This document shows, piece after piece, positions 27,362 through 33,548 of a stretch of DNA of 33,548 nucleotides. The stretch spans positions 62,001-95,548 of the IMG/VR virus record IMGVR_UViG_3300011855_000001. The stretch is one strand, 5' to 3'. A program made the translations under genes and the position numbers. Below the pieces are notes generated by a model. It was not told where the DNA came from, did no database searches, and saw nothing but the letters and a program-made list of their open reading frames with translations. Source of the stretch: an uncultured virus (IMG/VR IMGVR_UViG_3300011855_000001). Lineage: Duplodnaviria; Heunggongvirae; Uroviricota; Caudoviricetes. The first letter of the stretch is position 1, and the number at the start of each line of letters is the position of its first letter.

Positions 27362-27822
27362 TAGCGATCCCCCTCATGGGTAGCATCTTCAATCTCGCGG
27401 ATGCTTTTGCCTTCCGCCATCGCTTTGGCCTGCCAGTAGTCGAGGCATCCCATACGCGCTTCCATTTCGTCTTGCAGCGCCTGATCCTGCCAGCCTGCAT
27501 TCTCCAGATGGCGCTCATATGCCGCGTCCGGGTTGCCATGGTCAGCGAACTGCTCATACAGGTGGTCTTCGGTCTCTTTCTTCCACTCAGTGAAAGAGGC
27601 CAGCGCGGCGTTGAGCATTACCGGAGAGTTGGAGAAGAACAGCGCCTTTTTCTCGGTGCGCTCAGCGCTGCCAGTCAGGGCCCAGCGCAGCACAACCACT
27701 TTGCCCTCGCCGCCGATTTCGACGCTCAGGTTATGAGCCGGGGAAACCATGATCAGCTCGGTTAACAGCAGCTCAAATTCGGCCTTGGTCATGCGCGGTG
27801 CTGTGCGTTTTATGTTGTTCAT
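27361..27822 (-). CDS. Hypothetical protein
   Basis: First gene after the promoter at 27857-27885. Confidence 0.75.
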   Translation of the reverse strand: MNNIKRTAPRMTKAEFELLLTELIMVSPAHNLSVEIGGEGKVVVLRWALTGSAERTEKKALFFSNSPVMLNAALASFTEWKKETEDHLYEQFADHGNPDAAYERHLENAGWQDQALQDEMEARMGCLDYWQAKAMAEGKSIREIEDATHEGDR

Positions 27823-27856
27823 TTCGTTTATCTCGTTACCTTGGGTTGGTGAGATA

Positions 27857-27885
27857 AATATACGTCATGGGTGACGGGTGCGCAA
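27857..27885 (-). promoter_or_regulatory. Sigma70 promoter with CGTCA-TGGG-TGACG operator
   Basis: TTGCGC-17 bp-TATATT; operator and leader nearly identical to those at 1060-1101. Confidence 0.8.
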
Positions 27886-27951
27886 GGAGAAAATTACACA
27901 ATAACGAAAATATTATTGTTTGTTTGGCCCCATGGTTAGGGGCCGGAGAGA

Positions 27952-28290
27952 TTAGTTACAGCGAACGGTGCCAAACGAATCGCGTCGGCAGGTGCTGCCA
28001 TCGCTTCCCCGCGTCGTGCCGAAGCTGTCAGTGCGCCAGCTGTTTCCGTGGTTGTCACGGGTGGTGCCGAAGCTGTCCGTGCGGTACACGGAGCCATCGC
28101 TGCCGCGCGTGGTACCAAACGAATCGGTGCGCCAGCTATTGCCATGGTTATCGCGCGTTGTCCCGAAGGAGTCCGTGCGGTAGGTGGTGCCGTCATCACA
28201 GCGCGTGGTACCGAAGGAGTCAGATCGGCAGGTCAGCGCTGCGGCGTTAAAGCTGGCGGTGAGCGCCAGCAGGAGGATCAGTTTTTTCAT
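27952..28290 (-). CDS. Exported protein made of six 16-aa RxDSFGT repeats (112 aa)
   Basis: Signal peptide MKKLILLLALTASFNAAA; (Y/W/C)RxDSFGTTR..G repeats; true start 28290, not 28365. Confidence 0.85.
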   Translation of the reverse strand: MKKLILLLALTASFNAAALTCRSDSFGTTRCDDGTTYRTDSFGTTRDNHGNSWRTDSFGTTRGSDGSVYRTDSFGTTRDNHGNSWRTDSFGTTRGSDGSTCRRDSFGTVRCN

Positions 28291-28323
28291 AATTAACTCT
28301 CTTAATAAAAATTGGCACATTGC

Positions 28324-28713
28324 CCCATACCTTACCCGTCCGCACCGCACCCTACCCGACCCCACCCAACTTCACCCTGCCTCAACTTTACTTCGCTATG
28401 CGCCCAAATCAGACGCATAACGCTGTATTAGCCCTTGCCTTACCCAGCCTCACCGTACCCCACCGAACCATACCACTCGATGCCACAGATTTACTTCGCT
28501 ATACGCCCGAAGTCAGACGTATAACGCTGTATTAGCCCTTACCCATCCGGGCCGCACCTTGCCTTGCCCCAACATACCAAGCCCTAGCGAGCCTTAACTT
28601 TACTTCGCTTTACCCCCGCGAACAGAGGTAAAACGCTGTATTAGCCCTAGCCTCACCCCTCCATACCGTGCCGTGCCTGACCGAACCGGGCCTTACCTCG
28701 ACTTTATTTCGCT
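28324..28713 (-). ncRNA. Four-unit putative guide-RNA array of phased GGY-NN pentamer tracts with conserved hairpin linkers (VIPR-like, not a canonical CRISPR)
   Basis: Tracts 28648-28702 (11x5), 28539-28598 (12x5), 28435-28489 (11x5), 28327-28386 (12x5); 35 of 42 internal triplets are GGT/GGC on the minus strand; directly downstream of a RAMP-like operon. Confidence 0.88.
28387..28647 (-). repeat. Three copies of a 48-49 nt linker (28387-28434, 28490-28538, 28599-28647) plus a partial copy at 28703-28713
   Basis: Minus strand GGGCTAATACAGCGT-[10-bp hairpin]-GCGAAGTAAA; flanks invariant, stem covaries. Confidence 0.95.
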
Positions 28714-28729
28714 TTCAAATTTAATATAA

Positions 28730-29239
28730 TTACGAACCAAAGACTGCATCTCGAATGTCTTTAATTTTCTTTTTATTCCCGCCTTCATCCAGCTTCATCT
28801 TGGCGTCGGCTAACCTGTTTTTTTCATGGTTAGTCATGCTGTCATCACGCAGGTTATTGAGCCGCAGACGAGCCTTTTTATATCCACGCTTAATGGTCTT
28901 CTGCAATTCATCTACAGCAACACTAATGGCATCGGCAGCAGATATTTGCTGATAACCAATCCCGATAACCGCCCGAAATTGGATTTTATGCTTTTCAGCC
29001 ATATGACGGAAAAACTCAGTGCGCCTTTTAAGGAAGGTTACTTCCCATTGTTGGTGATCTTTTCTTTCACCCGACGAAGGGTAGTCAGGAATTTCAAGAG
29101 CACATTCAAACCAACTGGTCGGAGTTACATCGCCGTCTTTATGCTCATCAGCAATATATTTAGCAGCTGCTCTTTCTGCAAATCCAGACTGATTCCCATC
29201 TTCATCGAGAGAAACCTCGATATCGTCAATATCAATCAT
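28730..29239 (-). CDS. Accessory protein of the RAMP/array cassette (169 aa, function unknown)
   Basis: ATG at 29239 right after the RAMP-like stop (GAGGTGG RBS); same AT-rich codon usage; acidic N-terminus, basic helical C-terminus. Confidence 0.8.
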   Translation of the reverse strand: MIDIDDIEVSLDEDGNQSGFAERAAAKYIADEHKDGDVTPTSWFECALEIPDYPSSGERKDHQQWEVTFLKRRTEFFRHMAEKHKIQFRAVIGIGYQQISAADAISVAVDELQKTIKRGYKKARLRLNNLRDDSMTNHEKNRLADAKMKLDEGGNKKKIKDIRDAVFGS

Positions 29240-29240
29240 T

Positions 29241-29819
29241 TCATTCCACCTCGTCTGCGTAGACCACATCAAACCGCCCGAATTTCGGCCTGTAATCGCA
29301 AATTCCGATTTGAGTGCCAGCTTCGATGAGCGCTTTCTTAACATCATGTACGTCGATGTTTTTTTCATCGAACTGGATAATAAATTCCAGCGACCACTCA
29401 TTAAATCGCGGCCTGTAGCGCATAATTTTAGCCGCCCCGACCTTTACGCTTCTAGCGTCATAAAACTTTTTATCCCACAGGCCATCAATATCTTTAGGGC
29501 CATTGTAAATAAGTGGAATTTCAAGACCCACCACCTCAACGGAACGTTTAAAAAGCGTCCCTAACTTTGACAGCTTGGCAGCACCAATAAGCGATGCCTC
29601 GATGATAGTCGTTGGAATAATAACCACATTATCGCCGGAGAGATAAAGGGATGACCGCCACTCGCTTTTTGCTATTTCAATATGATCGTCATCGGTTTTT
29701 TTCCGTTTCGCTGTCAGCAGTTTATGCCGCTTTGTCAGCTCGTTAAGCGGATCTGCAAATACATCAGCGTGCATGAGAAGTGGGCGAGAACCTTCGATTT
29801 TGCATTTAATAAAGCTCAT
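29241..29819 (-). CDS. Stand-alone RAMP/Cas7-like RNA-binding protein (Vipr-like)
   Basis: N-terminal strand IEG.RPLLMH, IP...IEASL..AA helix, RPRF.EW...F.I strand and C-terminal Gly-rich loop AG..IGICDYRPKFGRFDV, the RAMP signature order; no other cas genes in the window. Confidence 0.8.
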   Translation of the reverse strand: MSFIKCKIEGSRPLLMHADVFADPLNELTKRHKLLTAKRKKTDDDHIEIAKSEWRSSLYLSGDNVVIIPTTIIEASLIGAAKLSKLGTLFKRSVEVVGLEIPLIYNGPKDIDGLWDKKFYDARSVKVGAAKIMRYRPRFNEWSLEFIIQFDEKNIDVHDVKKALIEAGTQIGICDYRPKFGRFDVVYADEVE

Positions 29820-29851
29820 ATCTCTTACCTTGCCTTGGTTTGTGAGTGGTA

Positions 29852-29880
29852 ATTATCTGTATAAATAAATTTGTGGTCAA
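29852..29880 (-). promoter_or_regulatory. Sigma70 promoter of the RAMP/array operon
   Basis: TTGACC-17 bp-GATAAT; AT-rich spacer without the CGTCA-N4-TGACG site. Confidence 0.7.
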
Positions 29881-29903
29881 GTCTTTTTTGATGCTGAATT
29901 AGC

Positions 29904-29928
29904 AAAAAAGCCCCATTTAATGGGGCTT
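29904..29928 (-). terminator. Intrinsic terminator upstream of the cassette
   Basis: AAGCCCCA/TGGGGCTT stem plus T-run. Confidence 0.75.
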
Positions 29929-29932
29929 AATT

Positions 29933-30451
29933 TCATTTCGTCAGCAGCAGGTCAATCTGCCGTTTCAGCGCGGCGATCTCCCAGTCCTTTTCCTCAATCG
30001 CTTTATTCTTCTCGCCCAGCATCTGACGACACATATCATTCAGTTTCAGGACATCCTGCCGGACGCCTTCGATTCTGGCGTCGCGCTCGGCTACCTTGCA
30101 GCGTTCGAGGTGCAGCGCCTCGCAGGTTTTGCTGTGCGCATCAATCTCAGCTTTATAGGCCAGCTTGGTGATTTGGTGATCTTCCTCTGATTTGGTCAGG
30201 GCCAGCCGCAGGCGCATCAATTCCAGCGCGTCATTACCGCCGAAACTAAACGGATCCTGATAGGTGCGCTGCGTGCGGCGATACTCGCGCCGCTCAGGCT
30301 CAGTCTTTGCGCCCGGCACATTGATAGTGCGCAGGTCGATCCCGGCCTGATTGGCATAAGCCACGGCACGACCGAAAGCCGTTGCGGCTTCCTCTTTGTT
30401 CGTGGTGCCGTAGGCCAGTGCCAGCAGCTTTTCAATTTTCGCCCTACTCAT
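29933..30451 (-). CDS. DUF2786-like N-domain plus coiled coil
   Basis: KIEKLLALA....N.EEAATA motif; GAGG RBS. Confidence 0.7.
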   Translation of the reverse strand: MSRAKIEKLLALAYGTTNKEEAATAFGRAVAYANQAGIDLRTINVPGAKTEPERREYRRTQRTYQDPFSFGGNDALELMRLRLALTKSEEDHQITKLAYKAEIDAHSKTCEALHLERCKVAERDARIEGVRQDVLKLNDMCRQMLGEKNKAIEEKDWEIAALKRQIDLLLTK

Positions 30452-30493
30452 AAAAACTTCCTCAGGTTGTATCTTGGGTTGTTGCGCCGGATT

Positions 30494-30762
30494 ATAATCA
30501 AAAAAGAGGAGATTGGAAGCATATGAAAAAACATTATTCCGAAATAAGCCCCCATGAGGAGGACTTTCTTTATCGTCGCCTCGCTGCTGTCTGCCCGGTC
30601 ACACAGAACGGCAGAAACATGGATATCGCGCTCCAGTGTGACGGCGACACGCAGAGCGTTACCAGCGTCGCCTATGGTTATGGCCCGGTGATTGGCAAAT
30701 GGGACACGCCAGAACTCAGCGACGGACGGGTGAAGATTCCGCGCTCATAATCAAAAAAGAGG
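30494..30762 (+). repeat. 16-bp direct repeat ATAATCAAAAAAGAGG bracketing one gene
   Basis: Exact copies at 30494-30509 and 30747-30762. Confidence 0.9.
30523..30750 (+). CDS. Hypothetical protein (75 aa)
   Basis: ORF fills the interval between the direct repeats; its stop lies inside the second copy. Confidence 0.65.
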   Translation: MKKHYSEISPHEEDFLYRRLAAVCPVTQNGRNMDIALQCDGDTQSVTSVAYGYGPVIGKWDTPELSDGRVKIPRS

Positions 30763-30791
30763 TTGCGCCACGTATGCCGTAAGGCTATTAT
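30763..30791 (+). promoter_or_regulatory. Rightward sigma70 promoter with degenerate operator
   Basis: TTGCGC-17 bp-TATTAT; CGCCA-CGTA-TGCCG at 30766-30779. Confidence 0.7.
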
Positions 30792-30818
30792 TCAGCCATC
30801 TACTAAGAGGGACGGAAT

Positions 30819-31160
30819 ATGAAAAAGGTACTCATCGCGGCGCTGCTGGTTTCAGCCAGCGCGGCAGCAACAGAAACACCCGCAATGTCGTTTATCTGCC
30901 CGATGAGCGACGGCTCTCAGATGGTGATGCGCGTCTATGGCAATGACACCATTGACCTCTTTGAGGAGGGCACTGAACCGGGCGACCGTAAGATGCTGGT
31001 TAAGGTCAGCGAAACGCCTCAGGATTTGATGCTGCAAGTGTTTGACCGCAGATCTCACCAGCTGGTTGGTACCGTCGCGGTTATCAACGGTAAAACCTCC
31101 CTGCTGGCTAACGACGCGGACGGCGATTGCAACATTACTCAGCGCCGGGGCTCACAATGA
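30819..31160 (+). CDS. Exported protein
   Basis: Signal peptide MKKVLIAALLVSASAAA; two Cys. Confidence 0.75.
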   Translation: MKKVLIAALLVSASAAATETPAMSFICPMSDGSQMVMRVYGNDTIDLFEEGTEPGDRKMLVKVSETPQDLMLQVFDRRSHQLVGTVAVINGKTSLLANDADGDCNITQRRGSQ

Positions 31161-31528
31161 AAACTGTAGCAGCCATTGCGCTGATCATGCTCTCCGGCGC
31201 TGTGCAGGCCAAAAGCACCGCAGGCGAGCAGCATTACCCGAAGGGGATCTACCATTGCGTTGATGAAAAAGCAGGTAACTACCTGCTGCAAATCGGCCCC
31301 GGCAACGTGGCGGCGATGGTTGACGCTGAGGATATTGGCGAGCTCCGGCTGGCGTACATTACCGCCCGCGACAAGATCAATAACTTCACCGCTACAATGA
31401 ACGTTGAAGGCGATTACATTGGCAAAGTCAACGTAACACCGACGACCGCGCTGATTTCTTTCCCTGATAACACCGTGGCGAAGTGCGACAATAAGCGCCC
31501 GGTCAATGCAGAGGAGTACCCGGAATGA
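31157..31528 (+). CDS. Exported protein
   Basis: Start set at MKTVAAIALIMLSGAVQA (ATGA-coupled); two Cys. Confidence 0.75.
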   Translation: MKTVAAIALIMLSGAVQAKSTAGEQHYPKGIYHCVDEKAGNYLLQIGPGNVAAMVDAEDIGELRLAYITARDKINNFTATMNVEGDYIGKVNVTPTTALISFPDNTVAKCDNKRPVNAEEYPE

Positions 31529-31695
31529 AAGTATTAGTGACGCACGATCACCCATCAGCGCAGTCCGCAGCTAATCACTGCTGGACGCTGGTACAGGGCG
31601 GCTGGCAGGCGCGGACAGTGCAGCGCAATGGGCAGCATTTTGTTGAAGTAGGCGCATGGGCGGGCTTTCGTGAAAACAAAACAGCAGGTCATTGA
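31525..31695 (+). CDS. Small hypothetical protein (56 aa, not in ORF track)
   Basis: ATGA-coupled, GAGGAG RBS; MKVLVTHDHPSAQSAANHCW... Confidence 0.55.
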   Translation: MKVLVTHDHPSAQSAANHCWTLVQGGWQARTVQRNGQHFVEVGAWAGFRENKTAGH

Positions 31696-31921
31696 GGAGG
31701 CCATTGAGGCCATCAAATGCGCGGAGGCTGGTAAGCCACACCCGCGCCTGATTAACTACGCAGAGCGCGGCATAGCTGAGAGGTTACGCCGCGCTTCTTT
31801 ACAACCAACGCGTGCCCCGGTCGTTATCGACGAGGCGCATCACCCAGTTACCCCCGGCGAGTTTGATCCCTATGCTGGCTATCAGAGCCACGGGCCGGGC
31901 GGCGCTAAAAGGAGCGATTGA
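31670..31921 (+). CDS. Hypothetical protein
   Basis: GTG start, operon position. Confidence 0.6.
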   Translation: MKTKQQVIEEAIEAIKCAEAGKPHPRLINYAERGIAERLRRASLQPTRAPVVIDEAHHPVTPGEFDPYAGYQSHGPGGAKRSD

Positions 31922-32127
31922 TGACCGACAAAGTAGAAGGGATGACCGCAGAGGAGATCGTGCGTTTCCTCAAAGCGACTATCCAGAAGCATTGCGGCGA
32001 ACTGCCGAACTGTATAGAAGATTGCAGCCAGACCGATAATTTCCTGATCCAGTCTCACGTTATCGTTGGCGACATCTGCGAGAAATTTGGCCTGTTCGCG
32101 GCCCCTGACGAGGACTGGAAAGACTAA
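31918..32127 (+). CDS. Hypothetical protein
   Basis: AGGAG RBS; coupled. Confidence 0.65.
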   Translation: MMTDKVEGMTAEEIVRFLKATIQKHCGELPNCIEDCSQTDNFLIQSHVIVGDICEKFGLFAAPDEDWKD

Positions 32128-32483
32128 TGGCAATGCGAGTCACTGAACCAAATACCAACGGGCGCGGAGGTAAACGCGCTCAGTATAACAAGCTGGAATC
32201 GCGGCAGCGTGCCATTGAGAATGGCGATAACACTTACTGGTCGCCGTACCCGTGCAAGCGGGCGGGCCATATTGGCCTGCGTCGTACCAGTAGCGGCAAG
32301 TGCATCGAGTGTGAGCGTGCGCGTACCAAAGAGCGCAAAGATAAACGCCACGCCGACTTCCGCGCCAGCATCACCCCAGCACCGCGCAGCCTTGGCGCTT
32401 ATGCGCTTATGCGTGCCACCGACTTAACCCCGAACACAAAAAAAATGGAGCCACAATGTCAGCCAAAGACGAAAAACAAGTGA
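32127..32483 (+). CDS. Putative Zn-finger DNA-binding protein
   Basis: R..A...G...Y....PCKRAGH...R.TSSG.CIEC, a module often N-terminal to phage HNH nucleases; no HNH motif here. Confidence 0.65.
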   Translation: MAMRVTEPNTNGRGGKRAQYNKLESRQRAIENGDNTYWSPYPCKRAGHIGLRRTSSGKCIECERARTKERKDKRHADFRASITPAPRSLGAYALMRATDLTPNTKKMEPQCQPKTKNK

Positions 32484-32743
32484 TCACCGAAGGTGCCGAA
32501 GGCCAGATCAATCCGGTCACAGGCCAGAAGGTGAAATTATTCGTTGACGGTCAGGAGATTCAGCCGATGACCGCCGATAGCCTCAGTGTCGAGCTCAGCG
32601 CCGAACCAGCCAAGCCGACCGATCCGCTGCCGGGCGAGACCAAAAGTAAGCACTTTATCCGCCTGTTCCGTGGCGCATTCTTCGGGCCAAACGCCATGCG
32701 TAACCACTCCGGCCTCAAGTTGAAGAAAGGGAAGCGGAAATGA
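32456..32743 (+). CDS. Hypothetical protein
   Basis: GGAG RBS; 95 aa. Confidence 0.65.
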   Translation: MSAKDEKQVITEGAEGQINPVTGQKVKLFVDGQEIQPMTADSLSVELSAEPAKPTDPLPGETKSKHFIRLFRGAFFGPNAMRNHSGLKLKKGKRK

Positions 32744-33018
32744 GCGACAAATGCCAGGTAAACGGGAGGCACCTGACGCCCTGTGATCCCCTCGCAAAGT
32801 CATTGATGGGCCGCAATCCTACGCATCGATCCATGGGCCTGTTTATGCCGTCGCGCGTTAACCTGACCACCCATGAGCCCGGAACAGATATCGTGCAGAT
32901 GCACTCAGGCCAGTACCTTGGGCGCGGCGTCGCCCTGAACTTCTGCCCGTTTTGCGGGACGAGCATCAAGACGTGGGAAGCGCAGGACAGTGCCGTGAAG
33001 GTGAACTATGAAGATTGA
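32740..33018 (+). CDS. Hypothetical protein with FCPFCG Zn motif
   Basis: ATGA-coupled; LNFCPFCG. Confidence 0.7.
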   Translation: MSDKCQVNGRHLTPCDPLAKSLMGRNPTHRSMGLFMPSRVNLTTHEPGTDIVQMHSGQYLGRGVALNFCPFCGTSIKTWEAQDSAVKVNYED

Positions 33019-33548
33019 AGACACCACCACCCGCACCATCAAGATCTGGGATCTGCCGGAATACTTCGACATCATCCTGGTGAATCTCAGCAACACTTAT
33101 CCCGGTGCCGGGCGTCTGACGCTCACCGCCGACAGCGACAGCTGGAGCCACTACTGGAGTGCTATGGGTGAGGATCGCCCGCTGGAGCAATTCCTGCTGG
33201 ACACCAACGTGGATTACATCGTCATGAAGCTGGGGAACGGAATCAGCAGCACGCTGGATGAGCGCGACGATGAGCAGTGCGCCAAAGCCATCCAGCGGGC
33301 GATCCTCAAAGCTCGTCGTCGTGGAGACATCACGGCGGCAGAAGCTCATCAGGCTTACTTCGACATCGAAGGTTGCGAGAATATTTATAATCGCTGGATG
33401 TATACCAATGATTTTTATGCCTGTGGTCGCGTTGACGATGACGATATCAAATGGCCTGAGCCACCATCTAACCCGGCATATGAGCGTCTGGAGTATGCCG
33501 TCACCAAAATGCGCGAAGCGCTTACCCAGTTGAAGGAGAAAACCGATG
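33008..33548 (+). CDS. Conserved phage hypothetical protein, truncated at the window end (not in ORF track)
   Basis: Open frame MKIEDTTTRTIKI...GAGRLTL....WSHYWSAMG...F....VDYI..KL with no stop before 33548. Confidence 0.75.
   Translation, partial: MKIEDTTTRTIKIWDLPEYFDIILVNLSNTYPGAGRLTLTADSDSWSHYWSAMGEDRPLEQFLLDTNVDYIVMKLGNGISSTLDERDDEQCAKAIQRAILKARRRGDITAAEAHQAYFDIEGCENIYNRWMYTNDFYACGRVDDDDIKWPEPPSNPAYERLEYAVTKMREALTQLKEKTD

Noticed and set aside
28291..28535. ORF-track products over the array (N-terminal extension MGSGRVRCGRVRYG of 27952..28365; Pro-rich 28320..28535 +)
   Set aside because: By-products of the pentamer periodicity; the real start is the signal-peptide ATG at 28290.
28324..28713. 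Canonical CRISPR array
   Set aside because: The would-be repeats are 48-49 nt with a variable core, the would-be spacers are 55-60 nt phased GGY-NN pentamers rather than foreign sequence, and no adaptation genes are present.
28324..28713. Simple microsatellite, or TIGR-type box C/D array
   Set aside because: Slippage would homogenise pentamers, but here the NN vary freely while phase and tract length are kept. I see no box C/D motifs and the adjacent protein does not look like a Nop-domain protein.
29240..29401. 223-aa version of the accessory gene
   Set aside because: It would overlap the RAMP-like gene by ~160 nt; the ATG at 29239 has an RBS and coupled spacing.
32127..32483. HNH homing endonuclease
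   Set aside because: Only the N-terminal Zn module is present; no HNH catalytic motif.
1..33548. tRNA/rRNA genes, integrase/att site, virion structural genes, reverse transcriptase
   Set aside because: None recognised by eye, so temperate versus lytic lifestyle cannot be settled from this window.

Overview
The whole window looks like phage (or prophage) DNA. It is moderately GC-rich, with densely packed and often overlapping small ORFs, and I recognise no host housekeeping genes. The sigma70-type promoters and gene families suggest a gammaproteobacterial, probably Enterobacterales, host (inference). About 30.4 kb is transcribed on the minus strand and the last 3 kb on the plus strand. Recognisable genes include three DNA methyltransferases (ParB-fused, MT-A70 type and a small class I type), a terminase-small-subunit-like protein, a YadA-anchor trimeric autotransporter, several HTH regulators and a ParE/RelE-like small protein. 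An iteron-rich putative replication origin lies at about 24.8-25.15 kb, and a CGTCA-N4-TGACG palindrome recurs in many promoters. The standout is an AT-rich cassette at about 28.3-29.9 kb. It holds a stand-alone RAMP/Cas7-like gene (192 aa), a coupled accessory gene (169 aa) and a non-CRISPR RNA array. The array has four tracts of 11-12 phased GGY-NN pentamers separated by a conserved 48-49 nt linker with a covarying hairpin. This looks like an RNA-guided system whose information sits in non-contiguous dinucleotides. It matches my recollection of the recently reported VIPR systems, which needs verifying. All family calls are by eye; no database searches were run.
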